This document shows positions 37,553-46,935 of a DNA stretch of 64,000 bases, one piece after another. Below the pieces are notes generated by a model, which worked only from the letters and a program-made list of their open reading frames with translations, made no database searches and was not told where the DNA came from. Source of the stretch: Deltaproteobacteria bacterium (GTDB lineage Bacteria; Myxococcota_A; UBA9160; SZUA-336); assembly GCA_029261895.1 (NCBI GenBank), contig JAJDAK010000011.1, positions 3,424 to 67,423 on the forward strand. The letters are read 5' to 3'. Both the position numbers and the translations under genes were made by a program. Numbering within the stretch: position 1 is the first letter of the stretch; each line of letters begins with the position of its first letter.

Positions 37553-38509
37553 TTATCGATAGATGCTATGAGTCACGCAGTGGACGGCGCCGTACTTTCG
37601 CATCATGGCTCGGGCAGGAATCGGTATCACCGCAAAGCCAATCTCACGATAGGCCGCAAGCGCGGCTTCATCACCGGGCAGATGATAGACCGGAACAAAA
37701 CCATCGGAGTCAATGAGCAAACTATTGATGTAGCTCGCATAGACGCCGTCGCCCGGTACGGCGTGTGGAATCTTTAGTAGCTGGTATCCCGCACGGCGTA
37801 GTCGCGCGTAATTGATTTCCATCACGTGCTGCGCCTGACTGCCCGCGGGAAACGCCGCAACCAACGCACGTTGGTCGGCCAAGATCTGCGTGTGAAGATC
37901 GATGTGGCCCGTGCGCTCGCCCGGAAGGGCTTTCAACGACACCGCTTCCCGACAACCGAGTTGCCGTAGCACACGCGAACGCGTCGTCTGCGCCCGCGGA
38001 TTTTTGAATACGGTTTCACCAAGGAAACAGCGCCCGGAAGCATCGGCCTGGAAGTTTCCACCCGCCAAGTTTACCTGCCATCCGACACCAGTCGCGTGTG
38101 CCACGCCCTGCTCCACTGCAATACGCCGCGGCAAATCGTCATCACCACCACTACGTCCGTAGTGATGATCGATCACGCGGAGCTCATGCTGGTCACGCAC
38201 CCAAAACGGTCCATAATCGCGAATCCAATACGTACGAAGGTCCGCGACTCGCAGCTCCGCCGCCGGCAGGCGAGCTTGTACAGCGACACGACACGCCGCA
38301 GACACGTAGACGACCAACGGATACTTCGCCGCGATCCGCTCCGCTAGAAAACTGACTTCTTCAGTAACCGCAGCATCGCCATCCCCACAGCCAGGAAAAG
38401 CCATCATGACTTTTTCGGGATGCGTGAAGGTCGGGACGGGAAACAGCGTCGATGATGAAGTCGCACAGCTGCAGAGAAGGAGCATCGCTAGCGGCCTATA
38501 CCAGCTCAA
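37553..38509 (-). CDS. Agmatine/peptidylarginine deiminase family protein, probably exported
   Basis: WIRDYGPF, GGN, TGHID and GAVHCVT (catalytic Cys). N-terminal hydrophobic stretch ending CSC. Confidence 0.85.
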   Translation of the reverse strand: MSWYRPLAMLLLCSCATSSSTLFPVPTFTHPEKVMMAFPGCGDGDAAVTEEVSFLAERIAAKYPLVVYVSAACRVAVQARLPAAELRVADLRTYWIRDYGPFWVRDQHELRVIDHHYGRSGGDDDLPRRIAVEQGVAHATGVGWQVNLAGGNFQADASGRCFLGETVFKNPRAQTTRSRVLRQLGCREAVSLKALPGERTGHIDLHTQILADQRALVAAFPAGSQAQHVMEINYARLRRAGYQLLKIPHAVPGDGVYASYINSLLIDSDGFVPVYHLPGDEAALAAYREIGFAVIPIPARAMMRKYGAVHCVTHSIYR

Positions 38510-39492
38510 CGATTCGGCGCGACCTCACCTTCGAAGTAGCGACGCGGATTCTCCTCGAAAATCACTCGCTCGTCTTCTTCGGTCAGCCCTTGATTCCGCA
38601 TCTCGGGAAGAATGCGTTTGAAGAGATGTGTCGCGTTCCAATCCGGCGCGAGCCGTTCCACGATTCCCGCAGGGAATACCTTGCCGTCAATAATCGGACG
38701 ACCCAACCAGGTACAGATCGAATCGTGAGAGAGAAAGATCGAGCGTCGATAGCCGGCTTGAACCATCGCCATCACACTCTTGATCCGTTCTTCATCGGGA
38801 ATAATGGTGTGGATCCCAAAGCGATCGAACCCAAGATATGCGCCCGCGTCGGCCAGACTGCGATGATACGCGTGATCACTTCGTCCGTCGGAATGCCCCA
38901 CCATGATTCGATGCGCTGGAACGCCTGCGTCGATCAGAATCTGCAATTGCTCTTGGCCACAGCACGCATCGTCGGTGTGGGTCAAAACCGGGCAGCCGAC
39001 TTCGGCGGCCGCCATTCCGCCCGCGGTGAGGAGTTTGAGTTCATACGGTGAAATTGTGGGTGAGCCTGTTGCGACTTTTACGAGTCCCGCACGAATGCCA
39101 GTATCACCGACTCCCTCGGTCAGCTCCTTGATGTAAATATCGCGAATCTCTTCCATCGGTAGGGCCGCAAAGGTGTACGTGAGTCCTTGATCTTCTTTGT
39201 AAGCGCCCGTCGCGCAGATCACCCTCATGCCAGATCGCTGCGCAACCTCGGCCATGAATTCGACGTCGCGACCGAGGTCGACCGGGCATGGATCCAGGTA
39301 GGTGGCAACACCGTGTCCCTGGAGCTCTTGAAGCTTATCGATCGCACGCACACGAACTTCTTCGCGGGTGTACGTCGGTGCGAGCCCGTCCATCTCCCAC
39401 CCCGGGAAGCCGATTTTCAAATGCTCGTGCACCAGTGTTGTGCCGAGTTCCGAGGAGTCACAGGGACCGGTGACGGTTTGAACCTTCGCCAC
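38506..39492 (-). CDS. Phosphotriesterase-related protein
   Basis: GTTLVHEHL, LVKVATG, THT, GHSD, FDRFG, LSHD. Confidence 0.9.
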   Translation of the reverse strand: MAKVQTVTGPCDSSELGTTLVHEHLKIGFPGWEMDGLAPTYTREEVRVRAIDKLQELQGHGVATYLDPCPVDLGRDVEFMAEVAQRSGMRVICATGAYKEDQGLTYTFAALPMEEIRDIYIKELTEGVGDTGIRAGLVKVATGSPTISPYELKLLTAGGMAAAEVGCPVLTHTDDACCGQEQLQILIDAGVPAHRIMVGHSDGRSDHAYHRSLADAGAYLGFDRFGIHTIIPDEERIKSVMAMVQAGYRRSIFLSHDSICTWLGRPIIDGKVFPAGIVERLAPDWNATHLFKRILPEMRNQGLTEEDERVIFEENPRRYFEGEVAPNR

Positions 39493-39493
39493 C

Positions 39494-39874
39494 TCAGGCG
39501 TTCTCCGCTCGCGTGAACATGTACGCCCAGGCGATCAATAGGAACTGAAACGGCAGGCGGATCCAATTGATTATTCCACCGTCGCTCATTTCACCCAGTG
39601 GGATATTGTTCAACGCGACATGAATATTGGCGGGGAAAATCGCAATGAATAGTGCAATCAAGCCCCAGGCCGCGAGCACACGAAAGCGGGGAATCAGTAC
39701 AGCAGCGCCAAGCGCGATTTCCGCCACACCGGACAACCAAATCAGGAAGTCATGCGCGGGCAAGTACGGCGGCATCATCGGTTGATAGAACTCTGGACTT
39801 ACGAAGTGAGGCACACCGGCGCCGATCATCACGACACCTAGAAGCCAAAGAAGAATGCGTTTGGTTAGACTCAT
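39494..39874 (-). CDS. DoxX-like membrane protein
   Basis: AGVPHF...MPPYLP...SGVAEI...FPANI...RLPFQ. Confidence 0.85.
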   Translation of the reverse strand: MSLTKRILLWLLGVVMIGAGVPHFVSPEFYQPMMPPYLPAHDFLIWLSGVAEIALGAAVLIPRFRVLAAWGLIALFIAIFPANIHVALNNIPLGEMSDGGIINWIRLPFQFLLIAWAYMFTRAENA

Positions 39875-39914
39875 CGCGACATTATCGCGCGAAAGTCCGC
39901 AGGACGGTGAATTT

Positions 39915-40880
39915 TTAGTGGAGCGTGTCCTTCAGCTCTTCCGCGGCCTCATAGATACGCTTCATCTGTTGCTCGTTGAGGCCGAGCAATTCCCGTGCTT
40001 CGTCGAGCACTCGTTCCGGCGTCCGGTCGACACTCGATAAACCGGTCAGGCACGCGACTTCGACTTCGCTGACCCCTTCCGGCGTCTCATCCTCTCCCGG
40101 CACCACGCCCAGTCCCAACTCGTGCGCGATGTGATCTGCGAGCGCGACCGTGGCGGCCATGGGATGTCCTTGACCGTCGATCTTGACTCGGTGGTGTGCG
40201 CTTACAACGAGCTGAATGTCCAGCGGCAGATCCCAAAACTTTGCCATCAGAACGCCGGCTTCATGATGCATTCGGTGGATACCTGGCCAGACAGAGATCA
40301 GGTCAGGTCGCTTCCACTTGCCATTGGGTTCACTGAGCGCGACCAGCGTTCCCGCGATGCCGACATCGTGCATCAGGCCACAGAGAAACGCGAACTCACC
40401 CTCGATCGAAGTGTACTTGCAAATCGTTCGGCAAAGATGTGCCGTGAACGCGCTATGACGGCGCAGGCGTTCCATCGTGTCGGTGTACGCATCGGATCGA
40501 AAGACGCGCATGTTCATCGAAACTTCAATCACGATGTCACGCAACGTGTTAAGCCCTAGGCGCACAACGGCGTTTTTCAGTGAGGTGATCTCCACGGCGC
40601 CACAGTAAATCGGTGAGCGAACCAGCTTGAGCACTTTGCCCGCAAGCATGGTGTCTTGTTCAAGTACAGCTACGACTTCTTCGAAACGAACATCCGGTTT
40701 TTGCGAGAGTTCCATCAACTCCATCGCAACTTTCGGCAACGTGGGCGGCCGGTAACCTGGCGCGGTAAAAATCTCGAGTAATCGACCGGTGAATTCGTCG
40801 TCCGCGATCAGCGCGTCGTCATCATCCGAGAGCTGAACCTGTCCCTCTCCGTAGCCCTCATCTGTTTTTCGCTTGCCCAT
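39915..40880 (-). CDS. HDOD domain-containing protein
   Basis: PPTLPKVA, D..LAGKVLKLVRSP, AVVRLG, GLMHDVG, HH. Start set to ATG 40880. Confidence 0.88.
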   Translation of the reverse strand: MGKRKTDEGYGEGQVQLSDDDDALIADDEFTGRLLEIFTAPGYRPPTLPKVAMELMELSQKPDVRFEEVVAVLEQDTMLAGKVLKLVRSPIYCGAVEITSLKNAVVRLGLNTLRDIVIEVSMNMRVFRSDAYTDTMERLRRHSAFTAHLCRTICKYTSIEGEFAFLCGLMHDVGIAGTLVALSEPNGKWKRPDLISVWPGIHRMHHEAGVLMAKFWDLPLDIQLVVSAHHRVKIDGQGHPMAATVALADHIAHELGLGVVPGEDETPEGVSEVEVACLTGLSSVDRTPERVLDEARELLGLNEQQMKRIYEAAEELKDTLH

Positions 40881-41003
40881 AGAGGTCGTCTCGCCGTTTT
40901 CTGCGCCAATCTTGAATGTCCCGGCATCGATCCAGACTCGGAAGTGCTGAGCATTACCTATCCTATTGAATTTAATAGACTTTTCTACTTTCCGACTGGG
41001 CGG

Positions 41004-41030
41004 TGTCAACCCAATTGCGGGCTCTGCGTT
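41004..41030 (+). promoter_or_regulatory. Putative ECF-sigma promoter TGTCAAC-N16-CGTT
   Basis: AAC/CGT bipartite pattern typical of ECF promoters, upstream of the gene next to the ECF sigma operon. Confidence 0.4.
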
Positions 41031-41077
41031 CTATCTCCTAGCAGCCCGGATTTTCGGGCGCAAAGGAAGGGACCAAG

Positions 41078-41503
41078 ATGAAGTACGGAATTGGGGCCGC
41101 AGCCCTTATGGGCGTGATAATCGGACCGCTTCATGCGGATGCGAGCGATGGGCATCGCATTGAGGATCGCTTTGATCGCAAGGGCGACAGAATTGAACGC
41201 CGCCTCGACCGCAGGGGTGATCGCATCGATCTGCGTCTGGATCACAAAGGCGACCGCATAGAAGCTCGTTATGATCGAAAGGCCGACCGCGCCCGCGCGC
41301 ACGGCAAGGATCGGTTGGCGAATCGCCTCGAGCGCAAGGGCGACCGCATCGATCGGCGCCTTGATCGCAAAGGCGATCGCATTGATCGGCGTTTGGATCG
41401 TCGCGGCGATCGTGCGGACCGACGTTGGGACCGAAAGGGCCGAAGGCACCAGCGCCACCACAACCGTCGGCATCACCGACGGCATTACCGTCGGCATCAC
41501 TAG
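41078..41503 (+). CDS. Secreted Arg/Asp-rich 11-residue repeat protein with His/Arg tail
   Basis: Signal peptide; about 7-8 DRI(D/E)RRLDR(K/R)G units; tail HQRHHNRRHHRRHYRRHH; AAGGAAGG upstream. Confidence 0.78.
   Translation: MKYGIGAAALMGVIIGPLHADASDGHRIEDRFDRKGDRIERRLDRRGDRIDLRLDHKGDRIEARYDRKADRARAHGKDRLANRLERKGDRIDRRLDRKGDRIDRRLDRRGDRADRRWDRKGRRHQRHHNRRHHRRHYRRHH
41153..41440 (+). repeat. Degenerate 33-bp coding tandem repeats
   Basis: GATCGCAT(C/T)GATCGGCG..TGATCGCAA.GGC-like units that vary mostly at synonymous positions. Confidence 0.7.
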
Positions 41504-41509
41504 ACCCGG

Positions 41510-41551
41510 CAAGGGCCTGCGCACATTGGATGGACTGTGCGCAGGCCCTTG
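41510..41551 (+). terminator. Strong stem-loop after the repeat-protein gene (terminator or mRNA stabiliser; no U-tract)
   Basis: Perfect 16-bp stem CAAGGGCCTGCGCACA / TGTGCGCAGGCCCTTG with a 10-nt loop. Confidence 0.55.
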
Positions 41552-41594
41552 AGGCAGACTAAAGTGATTCAGAATTTATCAGGGGGATGCCGCG

Positions 41595-42128
41595 CTGTCC
41601 GACACTCAGGCGCTGAATCGTTTCTTGGCCGGAATCGAACGGCGCGCGTTTCGGATTGCCGAAATCTCGGTGGGCGATCGCGAGGACGCACTCGATATCG
41701 TGCAGGACGCGATGTTCAAGCTAGTCGAGCGCTATCGTGATCGCGACGAATCGGAATGGCGCCCCCTGTTCTACAAAATACTGCAAAGCCGAATTCGAGA
41801 TCGTTATCGTCGAACGGCGGTTCGAAATCGTCTGCGCGGTTTCTTTTCCCGCGGCGATTCCGCAGACGAGGATCCGATCCAAACCGCCCCAGACCCGAAG
41901 GGCGAAACACCGGAGCGGCAGCTCGAGCAGACCCAGACCATGGACTCGATCGACCAGGCATTGCGAACCTTGCCTACGCGACAACAACAAGCTTTTCTAC
42001 TTCGGGCATGGGAGGGGATGGCCGTCGCCGAAACCGCGGCGGCCATGGGATGTTCCGCAGGTAGCGTAAAAACCCACTATCATCGTGCCGTACATGCGTT
42101 GCGAGCCATACTAGAGAGCACGGAATGA
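41595..42128 (+). CDS. ECF RNA polymerase sigma factor
   Basis: DALDIVQDAMFKL, WRPLFYKIL, LPTRQQQAFLLRAWEG, GSVKTHYHRA. Probable CTG start at 41595; alternative TTG at 41625. Confidence 0.9.
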   Translation: MSDTQALNRFLAGIERRAFRIAEISVGDREDALDIVQDAMFKLVERYRDRDESEWRPLFYKILQSRIRDRYRRTAVRNRLRGFFSRGDSADEDPIQTAPDPKGETPERQLEQTQTMDSIDQALRTLPTRQQQAFLLRAWEGMAVAETAAAMGCSAGSVKTHYHRAVHALRAILESTE

Positions 42129-42469
42129 GTCGAAATCGAGACGAAGAAGAATTCACAGATCGTGTGAAGGCGAAGCTGGACCAAACGGCCGACCCGCTCG
42201 ATGCGAATACGCTCACGCGATTGCAGCAGATTCGTCTCGCTGCTCTAGCACGCGCGGAAACGGAGAAACGTCCACGCAGCTGGCTGCCCGTGGGTGGGGT
42301 CTTGGCGGCGACAGCTGCGTTAGCACTTTTCCTGCTCAACAAGGACTCGATTCCAAACGCTGAGCTTGATGCGAATGAGCTCGACATCCTCGCTTCGAGT
42401 GACGAAGTCGAACTGTACGAAGACTTAGAATTTTACCAGTGGCTGGACGCCGACGAAGAGCAAAGCTAA
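42125..42469 (+). CDS. Putative anti-sigma factor (DUF3619-like single-TM protein)
   Basis: RLQQIRLAAL, one TM helix, DLEFYQWL. Coupled to the sigma gene. Confidence 0.72.
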   Translation: MSRNRDEEEFTDRVKAKLDQTADPLDANTLTRLQQIRLAALARAETEKRPRSWLPVGGVLAATAALALFLLNKDSIPNAELDANELDILASSDEVELYEDLEFYQWLDADEEQS

Positions 42470-43060
42470 ATGGCTCGCCCTCCTGTTACTCATACTGGCT
42501 CCGTACGTGGTCACAAGAGCTGCGGGTTCCTGCTCGTTGGGCTGCTGGTTTTCGCGACCGTGGCGAACGCCGACGAGGCCGTGCCTTGGGAATCTTTGAG
42601 CGAATCCGAACGCGAAGTATTGGCACCGCTAGAAGAGACATGGTCCGAGCTTCCGGCAAAACGTCAGCGACGTTTGCAACGTGGAGCGGCGCGTTGGGAG
42701 ACGATGGACAAGGGTGAACGCGACGGTGCGCGTAAAAAGATGCAGCGCTGGCGTGGCCTTTCAGCTGAGAAACGACAGCGCATACGCCAACGCTTCGATC
42801 GTTTCCAAAGCCTGCCAGCTGAAACCCAGGAACGTTTACGAAAGCGTCGGCGCTGGTTCCAGAGCTTGCCCAAAGAGCGCCAAGATAAGTTGCGGGAGAA
42901 ATGGCGCGGCATGACGGCAGAGGAGCGTCGGGATACTGCGAGAAAATGGAATCAGAAACGCCGAGAGCGTTTGCAGAAGAAAAAACGCTACAAGAAGAAG
43001 CTCCGACAGCAGCAGCGTGACCAGAAACAGCAGCGCCGTCAGGGCCGTGACAGCGAATGA
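42470..43060 (+). CDS. DUF3106-like periplasmic protein
   Basis: WESLSESEREVLAPL...W..LP repeats (W/F-x-x-L-P/S), signal-like segment. Confidence 0.75.
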   Translation: MARPPVTHTGSVRGHKSCGFLLVGLLVFATVANADEAVPWESLSESEREVLAPLEETWSELPAKRQRRLQRGAARWETMDKGERDGARKKMQRWRGLSAEKRQRIRQRFDRFQSLPAETQERLRKRRRWFQSLPKERQDKLREKWRGMTAEERRDTARKWNQKRRERLQKKKRYKKKLRQQQRDQKQQRRQGRDSE

Positions 43061-43449
43061 GCGAACGCGCCACCGGTTTCCTGCTCTGGCTTATCTTCGT
43101 TTGTGTGCTCCCGCTACCGTTCTTTCTGGTCGTAACGGGTTGGGTTCCCGTCTGGCGGCTATTTCAACTCAGTACCGCACTTGTCGAGGTACGGATCGAG
43201 CAAGGGGGTCAAGGAGCGATTGACTTCGCGCTCGTGATCTTACTCACGCAGGCGGTCGTCGGGACAATGCTATGGGGGTATCTCGCAAAACGCGCCGCGG
43301 CCTTATTGCCCAACTCGACGCGCATGAGATTGATCAGCGTTCTTATGATCGGCGTCGTGTCATTCACGCTCGCGAGTCAATTCGACGTCTACGGCACGCC
43401 TTTCAGGCAAAAGGCGTTACGTGGGACCCTGCTTGAGGTCGCGGAGTGA
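43057..43449 (+). CDS. Hypothetical membrane protein
   Basis: About 3 hydrophobic segments; overlaps both flanking genes by 4 nt. Confidence 0.6.
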   Translation: MSERATGFLLWLIFVCVLPLPFFLVVTGWVPVWRLFQLSTALVEVRIEQGGQGAIDFALVILLTQAVVGTMLWGYLAKRAAALLPNSTRMRLISVLMIGVVSFTLASQFDVYGTPFRQKALRGTLLEVAE

Positions 43450-45248
43450 TTCGCAAGCTCTTCGGCATCTGGATGCTCGTACTATTGCCGCTCGGTGCCC
43501 CTGCAGAACCGCAACGTTGCGATGACTATAACGCCGAACGGAACGCCTACTTCGGCGACACCCACGTTCATACCGCGCTCAGCTTCGACGCAAACGCATT
43601 GGGCGTGCGCAACACGCCCTACGATGCGTATCGCTTTGCTCAGGGTGAACGTGTCGGCCTACAGCCCTACGATCCCAACGATCGCCCGCTTCGTTCGGTA
43701 AAGCTTGGGCGACCGCTCGACTTCGCCATCGTCACAGATCACGCGAGTTTGCTAGGTGAGATTCGACTTTGCCAACAGCCCGACTCGGGAGCGCACGAAT
43801 CTGCGGTCTGCCGGTTGTATCGACGCTGGCCGCTCCTCGCTTACTTCGTGGTCAACAGCCGGACATTCAACGTAGCCAACCCGATGCGCTACTCGTTCTG
43901 CGGAGAAAACGGTCAGCTCTGCCGCGATGCGGCCGCGGCACCGTGGAAAATGATCCAAGACGCGGCGGATGCGGCAGATGATCCCTCCCCTATGTGTCGT
44001 TTCACCAGTTTTGTTGGTTACGAATGGAGTGGCGGCCCCGAATCCAAAATGATTCACCGTAATGTGATCTTTCGGAACCGGGTCGTTCCGGACCATCCGG
44101 TCGGCTATATCGACGAACCCACAGTCAAGGGCTTATGGTCATCGCTTCGCAAGAATTGTCTCGACCGGGATAACGGCTGCGACGTACTCACAATTCCTCA
44201 TAATTCAAATTTAAGCGGCGGCCTACTCTTTCAACATTCACCCGCAGATGCGAAAGAACGTGCCTTCTTCGAACCTCTCGTTGAAATCATGCAGCATAAG
44301 GGCGACTCGGAATGTAGTGTTGAGACCAGCCCAACCGAAGACGAACTCTGTGGTTTCGAAAAACTTCCCTTCGCACAGATGGATCAACAACCCTTTAAAT
44401 TTCTTTGGTCGCAAGCGAACTCGCAAAGTTACGTACGCGATGCACTCGGACGCGGCTTGATCGAAACTCAAAACGGCCGCGCCAATCCCTTCAAGTTTGG
44501 CATCATCGCTTCCACCGATTCGCATCTGGGTACCCCCGGGCTGGTGGATGAATCCGCTTATCCCGGGCACGGTGCCGGCGGCGATACGAGTCGGGTTGAA
44601 ATCGCGGCACGTCCTGACGCGGCCGAGTTCAACCCGGGCGGTCTCGCGGTGGTCTGGGCGGAAGAAAACTCCCGCGAGGCGATTTTTAAAGCCATGCGCC
44701 GTCGCGAAACCTATGGCACGAGTGGCCCTCGCATTCGGCTACGTTTTTTCGCGGGGAGCGGTCTCGCTGAGGACCTCTGTGAACGCTCCGATTTCGTAAG
44801 TCAGGGTTATGCCCATGGCGTGCCGATGGGTGGCACGTTAAAGCTGGAGCCTGGCGGGGCGGCGCCACGCTTCGCCGTCTGGGCGGGTCAGGATCCCGAC
44901 GGCAACCTCCTGCGGAAAATCCAAATCGTTAAACTCAGTGTTCGTGGCGACGAAATCTTAGAACGTGTGCATGACGTGGCCACCCATCCGGGTCAGGAGG
45001 CGAGCGTCGATCTCAACACCTGTAAGACCTTCGGCTCCGGCGCCTCCTCACTTTGCGCCGTTTGGCGCGACCCCGACTATCAAGCACACGAACAGTCCAC
45101 CTACTATGTTCGCGTGCTCGAGAACCCCAGCTGCCGCTGGACGCAGCACCTCTGTATTCGTAATCCTAACGCCTGCTCGGACGTGCCGCCGATCCAGCAA
45201 GAGCGTGCGTGGAGTTCTCCTATCTGGCTGGGCAATCCGGTACACTAG
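43446..45248 (+). CDS. DUF3604 (PHP-like metal-binding) secreted protein
   Basis: YFGDTHVHT, VTDH, GYEWS, HRNVIFR, IPHNSN, QHKGDSEC, ERAWSSPIW. Confidence 0.85.
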   Translation: MIRKLFGIWMLVLLPLGAPAEPQRCDDYNAERNAYFGDTHVHTALSFDANALGVRNTPYDAYRFAQGERVGLQPYDPNDRPLRSVKLGRPLDFAIVTDHASLLGEIRLCQQPDSGAHESAVCRLYRRWPLLAYFVVNSRTFNVANPMRYSFCGENGQLCRDAAAAPWKMIQDAADAADDPSPMCRFTSFVGYEWSGGPESKMIHRNVIFRNRVVPDHPVGYIDEPTVKGLWSSLRKNCLDRDNGCDVLTIPHNSNLSGGLLFQHSPADAKERAFFEPLVEIMQHKGDSECSVETSPTEDELCGFEKLPFAQMDQQPFKFLWSQANSQSYVRDALGRGLIETQNGRANPFKFGIIASTDSHLGTPGLVDESAYPGHGAGGDTSRVEIAARPDAAEFNPGGLAVVWAEENSREAIFKAMRRRETYGTSGPRIRLRFFAGSGLAEDLCERSDFVSQGYAHGVPMGGTLKLEPGGAAPRFAVWAGQDPDGNLLRKIQIVKLSVRGDEILERVHDVATHPGQEASVDLNTCKTFGSGASSLCAVWRDPDYQAHEQSTYYVRVLENPSCRWTQHLCIRNPNACSDVPPIQQERAWSSPIWLGNPVH

Positions 45249-45282
45249 CGCCAGCATTTTTTCTCAGAGCTAGGGAGGACTG

Positions 45283-45759
45283 ATGAGTACAACGATCGCT
45301 TCGCCTTCACCGATCGACACAAGTCTTGTTTCGTACGACGCGATTCCTTGGGCCGAGCTCATTCCTGGAATTGAAATCCGCATGCTGAGAACCGGGGAAG
45401 GCTCTGGAACCTACACGGTAATGAGTCGTTTTGCGCCAGGCACGGTTCTGCCCAAGCACTACCATCTGGGTTGCGTGCATGCGTATACGATTTCAGGCGA
45501 GTGGTTTTACCAGGAATACGATTGGGTCGCCGGTCCGGCGTCCTACATCTACGAACCCCCGGGGTCGACGCATACACTGGCGGTGGCAGACGCTGCCACT
45601 GAGCCCGCAGTAATCATCTTCGTGATCGATCAAGGCATGGAAATCTATGGCCCCAGCGGTGAGGTGCTCACTGTTGAGACGGCCGAAACAATCACCCAGA
45701 TGTATCGTGATGTGCTCAAGACAAAGGGGATTCCACTGCCGACTGGAATCCTCCCCTAA
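45283..45759 (+). CDS. Cupin, 2,4'-dihydroxyacetophenone dioxygenase-like family
   Basis: LPKHYHLG.VHAYT.SG.W.Y.EY...YEPPGSTHTL. Confidence 0.8.
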   Translation: MSTTIASPSPIDTSLVSYDAIPWAELIPGIEIRMLRTGEGSGTYTVMSRFAPGTVLPKHYHLGCVHAYTISGEWFYQEYDWVAGPASYIYEPPGSTHTLAVADAATEPAVIIFVIDQGMEIYGPSGEVLTVETAETITQMYRDVLKTKGIPLPTGILP

Positions 45760-45773
45760 CTCGACTTTGGGTT

Positions 45774-46868
45774 CTACGAATCCCCGCCCACCCGAGCGAG
45801 CTCGGCATCAATGACGCGCGTGAACGCGCTCAGCGGTTGTGCACCCGAGAGCGGAATCCCGTTAATGAAAAAGTGCGGTGTACCGTTTACGCCTGCCGCT
45901 GCTCCCGCTTGAGTGTCCACATTCACCTGCTCAGCAAAACGATTCTCACTCACGCAAGCTTTGAAGCCGTTGAGATCCAGACCCGCTTTCTCGGCCACTT
46001 TTTCTAGATCTTCCGCCGCGAGACTTCCCCCCACGTCGGTGAAAATCAACTTGTGATATTCCCAGAACTTCCCCTGGTCATCCGCACAGGCCGCAGCTTC
46101 CGCCGCAGGCTTTGCGCGCGCGTGAAACTCCAATGGATAGTGGCGGTACACCAGGCGGATCTTGCCCTTATAGCGCTCCATCACCTGCTTGACGGTGGGC
46201 TCAGCGCGCTTGCAGAACGGGCATTCGTAGTCGCTGAATTCCACCAATGTAATCGGAGCATCCGCGGGTCCCATCGAGGGTCCGGTTGGATCTACCGGAA
46301 TTCGCGGCGGTTCGATATTGACCGCAACCCCCGCGTCCACGCGCAAACCGGAGACAAACTTTTCAATCGACTCGCCACGACGCAGCTGACCGAGATAGAT
46401 GCCGATTCGCTCAGACATGTCGTCGAAACTCGCTTCACCGAATCGCTCAGCGTTTTCTTCATAGAAACTCTGCACTTCTGCTTCGGTTACCTCACCCACC
46501 TTCTCGGATTCGCGCGTGAGTAGCTCCTCCGCTGTTAACCCTTCTTTCGCAGCCGCAGCCTCGATCAAGCGCTTTTGGATCAGTCGATCCAAACCGGTGG
46601 ATCGCAGTTCATACAGACCCGACTCATCCAGTTCTTCCGTCTGTTGTTCCCAGAGTTCTTCTTTGAGATGGGTGGTGAGTTCGGCCTCGCTGATCGGAAC
46701 CCCGTTCAACTCTGCGACAATGGTGTTACCGCTTTCAGCGATCGATCCGGCTGCAGCTGCTTCTGGATTGGAAGCATCGGTAGGCGCTGAAGAATCCGCG
46801 GTCCCCTGGGGCTCACATCCGAGCGCCAGTGCGGCAATAATGAAGGCGGAGAAACACACACGGATCAT
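45774..46868 (-). CDS. DsbA-like thioredoxin-domain lipoprotein
   Basis: Lipobox ALGC; EFSDYECPFC; GVNGTP; GAQP. Confidence 0.88.
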   Translation of the reverse strand: MIRVCFSAFIIAALALGCEPQGTADSSAPTDASNPEAAAAGSIAESGNTIVAELNGVPISEAELTTHLKEELWEQQTEELDESGLYELRSTGLDRLIQKRLIEAAAAKEGLTAEELLTRESEKVGEVTEAEVQSFYEENAERFGEASFDDMSERIGIYLGQLRRGESIEKFVSGLRVDAGVAVNIEPPRIPVDPTGPSMGPADAPITLVEFSDYECPFCKRAEPTVKQVMERYKGKIRLVYRHYPLEFHARAKPAAEAAACADDQGKFWEYHKLIFTDVGGSLAAEDLEKVAEKAGLDLNGFKACVSENRFAEQVNVDTQAGAAAGVNGTPHFFINGIPLSGAQPLSAFTRVIDAELARVGGDS

Positions 46869-46935
46869 CTGGGGGTTCCTTTCGATACGGTTTCGGAATC
46901 GCTCCGAAACGCGGCAAGAGTATCACGAGGGGTAT

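Noticed and set aside
41153-41440. 33-bp repeats as a CRISPR array
   Set aside because: The repeats are in-frame, degenerate at synonymous positions and have no unique spacers. No cas genes are present.
41006-41524. 172-aa minus-strand ORF
   Set aside because: Antisense shadow of the repeat protein, which has the RBS and signal peptide.
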